In this document: piece after piece, positions 18,787 through 26,523 of the stretch
How positions within the stretch are numbered: the stretch's first letter is position 1
Layout of the letters: each line of letters begins with the position of its first letter
Assembly: GCA_964590575.1 (NCBI GenBank)
Contig: CAZPWM010000021.1
Coordinates: forward strand, 1-40,335
From: an uncultured archaeon
GTDB lineage: Archaea > Asgardarchaeota > Thorarchaeia > Thorarchaeales > Thorarchaeaceae
Reading direction: 5' to 3'
DNA length: 40,335 nt
Notes under the pieces: model-generated
What the model saw: the letters and a program-made list of their open reading frames with translations, nothing else
Database searches by the model: none
What the model was told of the DNA's origin: nothing
Translations under genes and position numbers: made by a program

Positions 18787-19341
18787 ATGAGCAATGAAGA
18801 TGAAGTTACAAGACATCCTGATGAGCTCTTGGTTGATATGAGTAATATTGATGGGATGGGTGATTTCCGTGAGGGCGCCCATATGTTGCTATCACATCAT
18901 CCGCCATCGATGTATGGCCATTGTCTCCGTGTTTCAATTATGGGTAGGTCACTCTATCTATGTGGACGTTGTAGTGGAATCTATGGTGGATTGGGTGGAG
19001 GGCTCTTATTCCTCGTGATCTTCCAGATTCAGTTGAACCCAGAGTGGCTCTGGTTCCTTATTTCTTTAGCACTTGGTTTCACAACGATTATCGATTGGAT
19101 GAGTCAAAGACTCACACCGAGAAAGACAACTAACTTTACACGAGCTTCTACTGGTTTCATGAGTGGGTTCGCACTCGCGATAATATTCTTACTAGGTAAC
19201 TTAGCTTACATGCTTGCAGCACTCGCAGCAATGAGTGTGTCAATCGGTCTTGTTGGGTTAATTGAGAATCGACGTCGGCTTGCCTACTACAAGGAAATGC
19301 AAGCTGAGATGGATGCAACTCCTGAAACTACAACAGAATAG
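18787..19341 (+). CDS. DUF2085 family membrane protein
   Basis: SHH...HC...LCGRCSGIY, IDW-SQ, TTN-TR-STG, four TM segments. Confidence 0.8.
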   Translation: MSNEDEVTRHPDELLVDMSNIDGMGDFREGAHMLLSHHPPSMYGHCLRVSIMGRSLYLCGRCSGIYGGLGGGLLFLVIFQIQLNPEWLWFLISLALGFTTIIDWMSQRLTPRKTTNFTRASTGFMSGFALAIIFLLGNLAYMLAALAAMSVSIGLVGLIENRRRLAYYKEMQAEMDATPETTTE

Positions 19342-19405
19342 GACATTTATCATACATGCCAAAGGGTTTTATTCTGTATAGAAATCCGGACACCTGTGAA
19401 CCGGC

Positions 19406-20542
19406 ATGATTCCATTTGCTAAACCAATAATAGGTCAAGAAGAAATAGATGCTGTGAAACGAGTCCTTGAGTCAGGGATGTTAGCTGAAGGTAAGATTTC
19501 TCGGGAGCTTGAAAAACTATACGCTGAGTACATTGGTACAAAATTTGCGACCGTTACGAATAACGGAACTACAGCTTTGAGTACAGCTCTAGAAGCCTTA
19601 GACATTCAACCTGGAGATGAGGTCATTACATCACCTTTCACATTCATCGCCTCTGCAAATTCAATAGCGATGGTGGGTGCAATTCCTGTTTTTGTAGATA
19701 TCAAACCTGAAACCTACAACATTGATCCTGATTTGATTGAGGATGCTATCACCGACAAGACTCGTGCAATCATGCCTGTACATATTTTCGGAATGCCTGC
19801 TGATATGAAGCACATTATGGATATCGCGGATGATCATGACCTACTGGTCATCGAGGATGCCTGCCAAGCACATGGTTCTGAAATTGACGGGAAAAAAGTT
19901 GGGTCGTTTGGACATGTTGCCTCTTTCTCCTTCTACGCCACCAAGAATATGATGACCGGAGAGGGAGGCATGAATACTACTGACAACGAGGAGCTCTATG
20001 ACGCGATGCTGATGGTGAAAAATCATGGCCGTGGAAAACAGGGCGGCTACAGTCACTTCAGAATTGGTTACAATAATAGGATGATGGATCTAGTATCTGC
20101 CATAGGGATTGAACAGATAAAACGGCTACCAGAAGCAGTCAAACAACGAAGAGCGAATGCTCAGGAGTTTAATGACTTCTTCACAGAGTTCGACTCAATC
20201 ATACCTCAAGCTGAAGATCCAGGATTCAAATCATCTTATCATCTCTATGCACCCCGGCTTTATTCTGATGAACTGAACCGAGATGAAATGGTCACTGCTC
20301 TAAGAAATGAGGGTGTAGGATCAAGAGCGGTTTATGCACTGCCATGCCACAAGCAGGACACCTATCTTAATATCAAAAAGTGGAGATGGGCGAAGTTCGT
20401 AGACTATCCAGATTATTCAGCAGTTAATCTACCAGTGTCCGAAGAAATCGGACTCAGGCATTTTGATATCCCTGTTCACCCTAGTCTCGCTGATGAGGAC
20501 AAGGAGCATATCAGAAATGCATTCCATAAGATATTGGGTTAA
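19406..20542 (+). CDS. DegT/DnrJ/EryC1/StrS PLP-dependent sugar aminotransferase
   Basis: NGTTAL, GDEVIT-PFTFIAS, PVH-FG, IEDACQAHG, SFYATKNM (PLP Lys), GEGG, GYN-RM. Confidence 0.95.
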   Translation: MIPFAKPIIGQEEIDAVKRVLESGMLAEGKISRELEKLYAEYIGTKFATVTNNGTTALSTALEALDIQPGDEVITSPFTFIASANSIAMVGAIPVFVDIKPETYNIDPDLIEDAITDKTRAIMPVHIFGMPADMKHIMDIADDHDLLVIEDACQAHGSEIDGKKVGSFGHVASFSFYATKNMMTGEGGMNTTDNEELYDAMLMVKNHGRGKQGGYSHFRIGYNNRMMDLVSAIGIEQIKRLPEAVKQRRANAQEFNDFFTEFDSIIPQAEDPGFKSSYHLYAPRLYSDELNRDEMVTALRNEGVGSRAVYALPCHKQDTYLNIKKWRWAKFVDYPDYSAVNLPVSEEIGLRHFDIPVHPSLADEDKEHIRNAFHKILG

Positions 20543-21189
20543 GCCCTTTCAAAGTGTGGAAGAATGTTTCGCAGGTCCTTAGAGGTAACCGTGACAGTTG
20601 CTGCATCACTTACTCTCTTGTCCACTGGATTAAAGGCAATACTGAATGCAGAAACATTGAACAAGTCAATATCATTAAGACCATTTCCCACACTTGTGAT
20701 ACTATCGTGTGAATATCCTTTGAGCTGAGTATATTGCCAAATTGTTGAAGCTTTTTCCGGACCTCCCATAACGTATTGGACTGTTCCATCATGAGCTCCA
20801 TTATCAGATCCAAGAATATTTGAGTAAGCAAAGTCAAGATTCAATCGTCGTGTGAGTGGTTCCATGAAATACTGGCTGACTCCACTTGAGATACAACCAA
20901 CTTCATATCCCCATTTTCTCAGTGTGTTTATTGTATCAACTGTACCTTCCATAAGTGGCAGCGTTTTGACGAGGTAGTGATATGTAGCATCGACGGGTAT
21001 CCCTTTCCATATCTTAGCGCCTTCAATAACCGACTCTCTGAGACTCATAGCCTCTTGTGCTATTCTCTGAAAAAGAGCCATGTACTGATCTCCTAAGCCA
21101 ACTTGTTTAGCAATCACAAATGTCGCACTTGCCCCATCAAAAAGCACACCATCCAAGTCTAACGATATCACTTTGATTTCTGAGGTCAT
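20539..21189 (-). CDS. HAD-IB phosphatase, phosphoserine phosphatase (SerB)-like
   Basis: LDLDGVL, ISSG, K, VGNGLNDID, IAFNP. True start is ATG 21189 or 21201; the longer ORF-track start overlaps the divergent gene. Confidence 0.88.
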   Translation of the reverse strand: MTSEIKVISLDLDGVLFDGASATFVIAKQVGLGDQYMALFQRIAQEAMSLRESVIEGAKIWKGIPVDATYHYLVKTLPLMEGTVDTINTLRKWGYEVGCISSGVSQYFMEPLTRRLNLDFAYSNILGSDNGAHDGTVQYVMGGPEKASTIWQYTQLKGYSHDSITSVGNGLNDIDLFNVSAFSIAFNPVDKRVSDAATVTVTSKDLRNILPHFERA

Positions 21190-21273
21190 GTAAACATCCA
21201 TATCCTTTTCTCTGTCCTGTAAGCGGCTGCACCAGTAACAGTAATTATTAGTTTTGTTGGGGACTTTATTGCT

Positions 21274-22425
21274 ATGAACATCATCAGGAAAGGTGGCCTT
21301 GGGACCATCAATGAAATCAAGAAGAAATTCAGAAGAGAAAGAACTGATGAAGAGCTTGCTTTTGATGTGGGCAAAATGAATAGGGCCCTTATCAAACAAA
21401 TGCTTGTTGTTTGTGGCAGGGTTGGAGATGAGAAAGTAGCTAAATACGAGGCTAAAGCCAAAGAACTTGGATCTGACTTCATCTTAGAAAAAGACCGTTC
21501 CTGGGTGCTGACTCAAAAGACGATTCAAAAGAATTACGACCCAACCTACCACAAGGGTGCTCTCCTAATTGGTAACAATAAAGAGCTCCCTGCAACTCAG
21601 ATTTCATACGATAGTTCCTATGCCTTCACTGATTGGTTCATTCAAGATCTAGATGGTGATGGTATCCCTGATTTCCCGGTTGGTCGGATTTTCGGACCAC
21701 CTGAAACAGTTCTATATCATATGGACCCGTATATCGTAGATAGTGACATTGCCATTGTTTTTGATAGCCAGCCCAATAGATTTAACAGACATGTCCAAGC
21801 ACTTTCTAAACTTGGATTTGATGTAGAAGTATTAAATCGATATACAGCGGATGAAGCTAAGTTACTCTCAGTAAGTGAATTTATCCTTCAATTCTCTGAT
21901 GGTGTATTTGCATCGAGAATTCACGGCACTCCAGATAGATGGGCAACACATAATTCAGTTATTTTGAGTCATGACCAAGCTTCAGCCATAAAGTTTGCAG
22001 GGTATCCTGTCGTGTACTCGGAAGCTTGTAGGACTGCACAAGAAGGCCCTTTACTGAAGGCATTCCTGAACTCAGGGGCGTCATATATTGGTGCAACGCT
22101 TGATACAATGAATAACATAGAGCCATTTGATGACTGGCGAACATGTCCTTATTGTGACGGATGGAAATTCGGTTTTCTTGACCTCCTAGATTCTCATGAA
22201 CTAATAGGAGAGGTGAAACTAGCTGTTGATAAAGCTCTGGCAGAGAATCTTGAATCAAAGGTCTTTGCTGAACTTGAGAAGGTTCGAAAAGGAGAAACAA
22301 CAACCCTGACAATTGATAATGCTGTTTCAACAGCAGAATGGATGTTATTTGGTAATCCTCTAAGAAGAACCACAATTGGTCAAAATGCAGACTTTACTCC
22401 AGGGCGATTAGTCGTAGATACATGA
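21274..22425 (+). CDS. Peptidase C25 (gingipain)-like cysteine protease, no signal peptide
   Basis: ALLIGN-ELP, TDWFIQDLDGDGIPDFPVGRI, IHG (His), VVYSEAC (Cys), AFL-SGA-YIGAT, WMLFGNP. Confidence 0.72.
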   Translation: MNIIRKGGLGTINEIKKKFRRERTDEELAFDVGKMNRALIKQMLVVCGRVGDEKVAKYEAKAKELGSDFILEKDRSWVLTQKTIQKNYDPTYHKGALLIGNNKELPATQISYDSSYAFTDWFIQDLDGDGIPDFPVGRIFGPPETVLYHMDPYIVDSDIAIVFDSQPNRFNRHVQALSKLGFDVEVLNRYTADEAKLLSVSEFILQFSDGVFASRIHGTPDRWATHNSVILSHDQASAIKFAGYPVVYSEACRTAQEGPLLKAFLNSGASYIGATLDTMNNIEPFDDWRTCPYCDGWKFGFLDLLDSHELIGEVKLAVDKALAENLESKVFAELEKVRKGETTTLTIDNAVSTAEWMLFGNPLRRTTIGQNADFTPGRLVVDT

Positions 22426-22426
22426 G

Positions 22427-22774
22427 CTAGTTTCGGGTTCTGGAAGAAATAAGTGATCCAATCAAACCTCCAGTTGTACCTATTATTCCCATTATGAGGA
22501 CAGCTAACGCAATATCTAGAGGGGTGTTTGTAAATCCTAGAAACCATTCAGAAATCACAAAGACGATGCAATAGCTGAAAATGGTCCCAATAAAGCTAAC
22601 AGCTAAGCTATCTCGTATTTTCACTAGTATGAATCCAATAAGAACTCCTGTAACTAGAGGCGCAAGGAAATTCAGAACAAAGAACAATCCAAAATTCAAT
22701 AGAATAGTAGCAAGAACCATCAGTGCAAACCTCATGACTGATGTATCCACCCTTGACCCAGAATTATTCTCCAT
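22427..22774 (-). CDS. Small Gly-rich membrane protein (about 4 TM)
   Basis: 115 aa, almost entirely hydrophobic, with APLVTGVLIG and GTTGGLIGS. Confidence 0.75.
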   Translation of the reverse strand: MENNSGSRVDTSVMRFALMVLATILLNFGLFFVLNFLAPLVTGVLIGFILVKIRDSLAVSFIGTIFSYCIVFVISEWFLGFTNTPLDIALAVLIMGIIGTTGGLIGSLISSRTRN

Positions 22775-22888
22775 ATTGCCTCTTGTTTTTCTTCATTTGG
22801 TGTTGTTATAATACTGATGGATGATAGATTCAAATAGATTAATGCTCTCTATCAATTAAGCCAATTAGATGAATGAGAGGTTAAATCA

Positions 22889-23002
22889 TTGAGCAAAGAT
22901 AAAGACTCAACTGGTGGAAAGGCAAAGGAAAATTTCAAGATTAAATTGCACGCTCCAAAGAATCCATTCAAAGGCAACCCCTTCAAAAAGGATAAGGAGT
23001 AA
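22889..23002 (+). CDS. Uncalled 37-aa Lys-rich microprotein with two NPF motifs
   Basis: TTG 22889 to TAA 23002 gives MSKDKDSTGGKAKENFKIKLHAPKNPFKGNPFKKDKE. GAGGT at 22877-22881 lies 7 nt upstream. It fills an otherwise empty gap. Confidence 0.55.
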   Translation: MSKDKDSTGGKAKENFKIKLHAPKNPFKGNPFKKDKE

Positions 23003-23044
23003 TGTCGGATTAATTCCGATCTGCGATGATATCTCAATTGAATT

Positions 23045-23076
23045 TGTGTCTGCTGGATTTCGATTCGGCAGATGCA
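23045..23076 (+). other. 13-bp RNA stem-loop with four G-U pairs
   Basis: TGTGTCTGCTGGA(23045-23057) TTTCGA TTCGGCAGATGCA(23064-23076). It pairs fully only as plus-strand RNA. Confidence 0.45.
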
Positions 23077-23100
23077 GCTATATTTCTAAGAGTGATATGA

Positions 23101-24045
23101 TTGTCTTTCCGTGTCAAAGTTCCTAGTGGTTATGATTTACTCTCTTCAGTACATTCATGGATATATCCTGATATCCAACCAGTTCCTGAACGCACTGGAG
23201 ATGGATACTTTGGGCGTGCGTATATTCTGGAAAATCAATGTGTTGCACTCATTATGACTCAAGTTAATCCTGGAGAGTTACTACGAGTTACTCACTCAGA
23301 CATTGATATTAACAAACGAACCCTAAAAGCATTGGTTGAGAGAACACTTGGTCTTCAAATTAAAATAGATGACGCATTGAACCAAATGAGTGAAGATCCA
23401 GTAATTGAACACCTCGTTCCTAGAGTGGCAGGTATTAGACCCTATATGTCACCATCACCATTTGAAGCGTTGATAAAAACAATCATCCAACAGCAGGTTT
23501 CGTATAGAGCCGCCAACATATTCACAAAGCGAATGATACTTGGACTAACTGAACCTGTATCATTCAAGAACCAAGATTGGTATTACTTTCCAGATGCCCA
23601 CACCATCTCAAAAACTGGAATGGATGGTCTGAGAGAATTTGGGTTCGGTTACAAGACCGAATATATCCATAGAGCCGCAAGTCTTGTGGCCGATGGTAAG
23701 TTAGATATCAACTCCTTCGTTGGAATTCCCTATGAAGAAGTTCTTGCAGCACTGAAACCCATAAGAGGAATTGGAGAATGGACTGTTCGAGTGTTATCAT
23801 TAGCTGGTTTAGGAAACTTTACGGTTTTTGCATATGGTGACTTGGTGATTCAGAAGATTTTAGGGGATTTGTATAATCAAGGTCGAAGAATGACCGCAAA
23901 ACAGGTTCGAGAACATGCTCAAACTTGGGGCGATTCAAACACATTGGTGCTATATTTGTTGATGAGTGCTGAGGTTCTTGGTTTAATCAACACACGCGAT
24001 GGGCAGAAAACCCATAAAAGGCGTTTAGTCGAAGAGCCAGTGTGA
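23101..24045 (+). CDS. AlkA/Ogg-type HhH-GPD DNA glycosylase (3-methyladenine glycosylase II family)
   Basis: PFEALIKTIIQQQVS, FPDA, GFGYKTEYI, IRGIGEWT (HhH), GDLVI (catalytic Asp). Confidence 0.9.
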   Translation: MSFRVKVPSGYDLLSSVHSWIYPDIQPVPERTGDGYFGRAYILENQCVALIMTQVNPGELLRVTHSDIDINKRTLKALVERTLGLQIKIDDALNQMSEDPVIEHLVPRVAGIRPYMSPSPFEALIKTIIQQQVSYRAANIFTKRMILGLTEPVSFKNQDWYYFPDAHTISKTGMDGLREFGFGYKTEYIHRAASLVADGKLDINSFVGIPYEEVLAALKPIRGIGEWTVRVLSLAGLGNFTVFAYGDLVIQKILGDLYNQGRRMTAKQVREHAQTWGDSNTLVLYLLMSAEVLGLINTRDGQKTHKRRLVEEPV

Positions 24046-24057
24046 TGAGTTAGGTGA

Positions 24058-25221
24058 TTGCGTTTGTCTAAGACGGAGACTAAGAAAAACACCAAGTTGT
24101 GGCGTATATGGTCAATGTTCCTAAAGGAACTCAGATTGATTCAGAATGATAAGTTTGCGCTTCTTCTTGTCTTTGTCCTACCAACAATGATTATGGTGAC
24201 GATGTTTGCAGCTACCAACCAAAGCGCTATTGGCATCTCCCCTGAAACTGGTAAGAATGAGGGTGCAATCAGATTAGGCGTCGTCGATACTGACCCAACT
24301 GATACATTTCCCGGGGAGGATTTATCATTGAATTTCACCCTGTATCTTGCGAATAATCCTGACTTCATTGTTCAAATGTTCGACACCGAAGTAGAAGCAT
24401 TAGATGCATTATATTTTGATAGAGTAGAAGCGTATGCTGTAATTCCATATGGGTTTGAAGGGAACATCACTGGAGACATTCCCGCTTTCGTAGACCTCCA
24501 TATTAGTAGTACCGATTTCATGAGTCAATCATCTGTTTTCTCATTCTTCAGTAGAGTTGTGCAAGACTTTCGATCTGACCATGGGTGGGTCAAAGGAGAG
24601 ATTGCTACTGATATGATTGGTGAGTTTCAACCTCCGGGGGCTGGTGGTTTTGAAGCTACATTTGGAGTCTTCATGATTGTGTTCGCTGTATTCATTGCTG
24701 TTGCAGCAACAGCGGCTCAAGCTATAGTAGGCGACATTCCCTTAAACAGAATGCTTCTGACTCCTGCAAGCAAGATGGAAGCAATACTTGCAAAAGTATG
24801 CGCATACTTCATGGTTGGGATGTTTCAGGCACAATTCTTGCTCATCCTTTGGCAGGTGCTTTTCAATATCGATGTCTGGGCTCAATACCTAACTATGAAC
24901 ATCGTCCTTGCACTCATGTCACTCTCTGGTTCAACTCTTGGTGTGCTGATTTCCACAGTTGTTACAACACGACTCCAAGCAAATCAATCGTTTTTGTTCC
25001 TTCTCTTTGCGAGTGTAATCGTAGGAACGGGCTTTATGGATGTAGGACTTGTTGATGATTACTACCCCCTAAACCTAGGAAGGGTCATGATGTCTGACAC
25101 TGCATTCAAAGGCGTAGCAATTACAGAGTTTCTGCCTGATATCTTAATAATCTTGGAACTATCGTTAGCACTCATGTTGATTGCCTGGTTCATTTTTGCA
25201 CGTCGGACGACTCTGGCATAG
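24058..25221 (+). CDS. ABC-2 type transporter permease
   Basis: KELRLI-DK, N-terminal TM, extracellular GVVD-D...VIP-GF domain, RMLLTP, ILAK, five C-terminal TMs. Confidence 0.88.
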   Translation: MRLSKTETKKNTKLWRIWSMFLKELRLIQNDKFALLLVFVLPTMIMVTMFAATNQSAIGISPETGKNEGAIRLGVVDTDPTDTFPGEDLSLNFTLYLANNPDFIVQMFDTEVEALDALYFDRVEAYAVIPYGFEGNITGDIPAFVDLHISSTDFMSQSSVFSFFSRVVQDFRSDHGWVKGEIATDMIGEFQPPGAGGFEATFGVFMIVFAVFIAVAATAAQAIVGDIPLNRMLLTPASKMEAILAKVCAYFMVGMFQAQFLLILWQVLFNIDVWAQYLTMNIVLALMSLSGSTLGVLISTVVTTRLQANQSFLFLLFASVIVGTGFMDVGLVDDYYPLNLGRVMMSDTAFKGVAITEFLPDILIILELSLALMLIAWFIFARRTTLA

Positions 25222-25307
25222 TCCCAATTGAGCTGTTTTGATATTGAGCAATACCCTTAAGGTTAAAGTTCCAAGAGATACCATTCCTAAGGAGGATTGA
25301 TAGATTC

Positions 25308-25511
25308 ATGAGTGTTGTTAAGGTAATAGAACTAATCGGAGAGTCACCTAATAGCTGGGAAGAAGCCTGCAAGAATGCTCTGGCTGTTGCAGCGAAAAGC
25401 GTTCGAGGAATTGTAGGAATCGATGTTGATCATTTCACTTGCAAGGTGGAAGATAACAAGATTGTAGCTTTCCGGGCTAACATTAAGGTGGCATTCAAGT
25501 ATCAAGCATGA
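25308..25511 (+). CDS. Dodecin family flavin/CoA-binding protein
   Basis: VVKVIELIGESPNSWEEACKNAL-A-KSVRGI...KVAFK, 67 aa; AGGAGG upstream. Confidence 0.93.
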   Translation: MSVVKVIELIGESPNSWEEACKNALAVAAKSVRGIVGIDVDHFTCKVEDNKIVAFRANIKVAFKYQA

Positions 25512-25551
25512 GTTTCGCTAATCCATGCACTCTACTTGCATAAGATGAATA

Positions 25552-25588
25552 AGGGGATCTGACTTGAGCAGATCCCCTACAGTTTTTT
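25552..25588. terminator. 10-bp hairpin between convergent dodecin and CPBP genes
   Basis: AGGGGATCTG(25552-25561) ACTTGAG CAGATCCCCT(25569-25578), followed by TTTTTT. Confidence 0.65.
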
Positions 25589-26387
25589 AGAAAAGATATG
25601 GCAAGCTAGATAGAAGAACGACTACTGCGTTGTTCATACCATGGGCGACTGAAGGTCCAAGAATATTGTATTTTCTTTGCTGAGCTAGAAAACCTAGAAA
25701 CATCCCAAGTACAAACCTCGTTGGGAGTCCAATAAGATCGAGATGTATCGCAGCAAATATGAAACTACTTACTAGTAACGCAATAAGTTTGTAGTTCCCA
25801 GTTCCTTGTCCTCTGAAGTACATCTCCATCCGTCGTTGCATGAACCCTCTGAAGATTAGTTCTTCTGTGAATCCAACAAATACAAACATCACTATGATCC
25901 AAGCAATCATTTCTGGCCAATTTCTAGCCACCAAAAAGTCTTCACCTGGTACCGATGGTCCAGTTGCTTCTGTCATCACCCATGAAATGGCAATGTTTGC
26001 TCCCAACATTGACGCCCCAATTACGACGCCAAGAATTGCATCCTTAGGCGAAATCATATTCTTGATGCCTATTGCGGATTTTGGAAATCCATATTTCCTG
26101 ATATAATACATTGGCGGGATAACGAATACAACCTCTGCAACAGTTGTTATTAGAATCGCTAAAGGGTCGATGTACACAGAAAAGCCAACGAGAACGATAA
26201 GGCCTGTCAACATTAGTGGTATCATGATGATAACTGTTGCTACCACCAGGAGAATCATACCTAAGGCCGTATATCCTAACACACCAAGCATCTGATTTTT
26301 GTCAATCTGGCTCTCTAGAAACGTTCCGGGTTCAAAGATACCAATCCCCGTCGCTTCCTCAAGTTCATATAAGTCAGGGTCATCCAT
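25587..26387 (-). CDS. CPBP/Abi family (Rce1-like) intramembrane glutamic protease
   Basis: EELIFRG, SSFIFAAIH, AHGMNN motifs and about 8 TM segments; probable start ATG 26387. Confidence 0.92.
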   Translation of the reverse strand: MDDPDLYELEEATGIGIFEPGTFLESQIDKNQMLGVLGYTALGMILLVVATVIIMIPLMLTGLIVLVGFSVYIDPLAILITTVAEVVFVIPPMYYIRKYGFPKSAIGIKNMISPKDAILGVVIGASMLGANIAISWVMTEATGPSVPGEDFLVARNWPEMIAWIIVMFVFVGFTEELIFRGFMQRRMEMYFRGQGTGNYKLIALLVSSFIFAAIHLDLIGLPTRFVLGMFLGFLAQQRKYNILGPSVAHGMNNAVVVLLSSLPYLF

Positions 26388-26523
26388 GACCAAAGCGTGC
26401 AACCTCTTGTTCACAGGCTTGGTAACCGAATTAAGCATTTGGTTTGTATCATTTTCATGATTGCTTCTTCCGCACAGACTTTATGTGGAGATTTCAGAGT
26501 AATATCATCAGGAAATCGGGAAG

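Noticed and set aside
21190-21399. 70-aa N-terminal extension of the HAD phosphatase
   Set aside because: It overlaps the divergent C25-like gene; the HAD motif I starts right after Met at 21189.
22852-23126. ORF-track calls 22852..23037 (-) and 22914..23126 (+)
   Set aside because: No ribosome-binding site or protein-like features; the 37-aa frame at 22889 is better supported.
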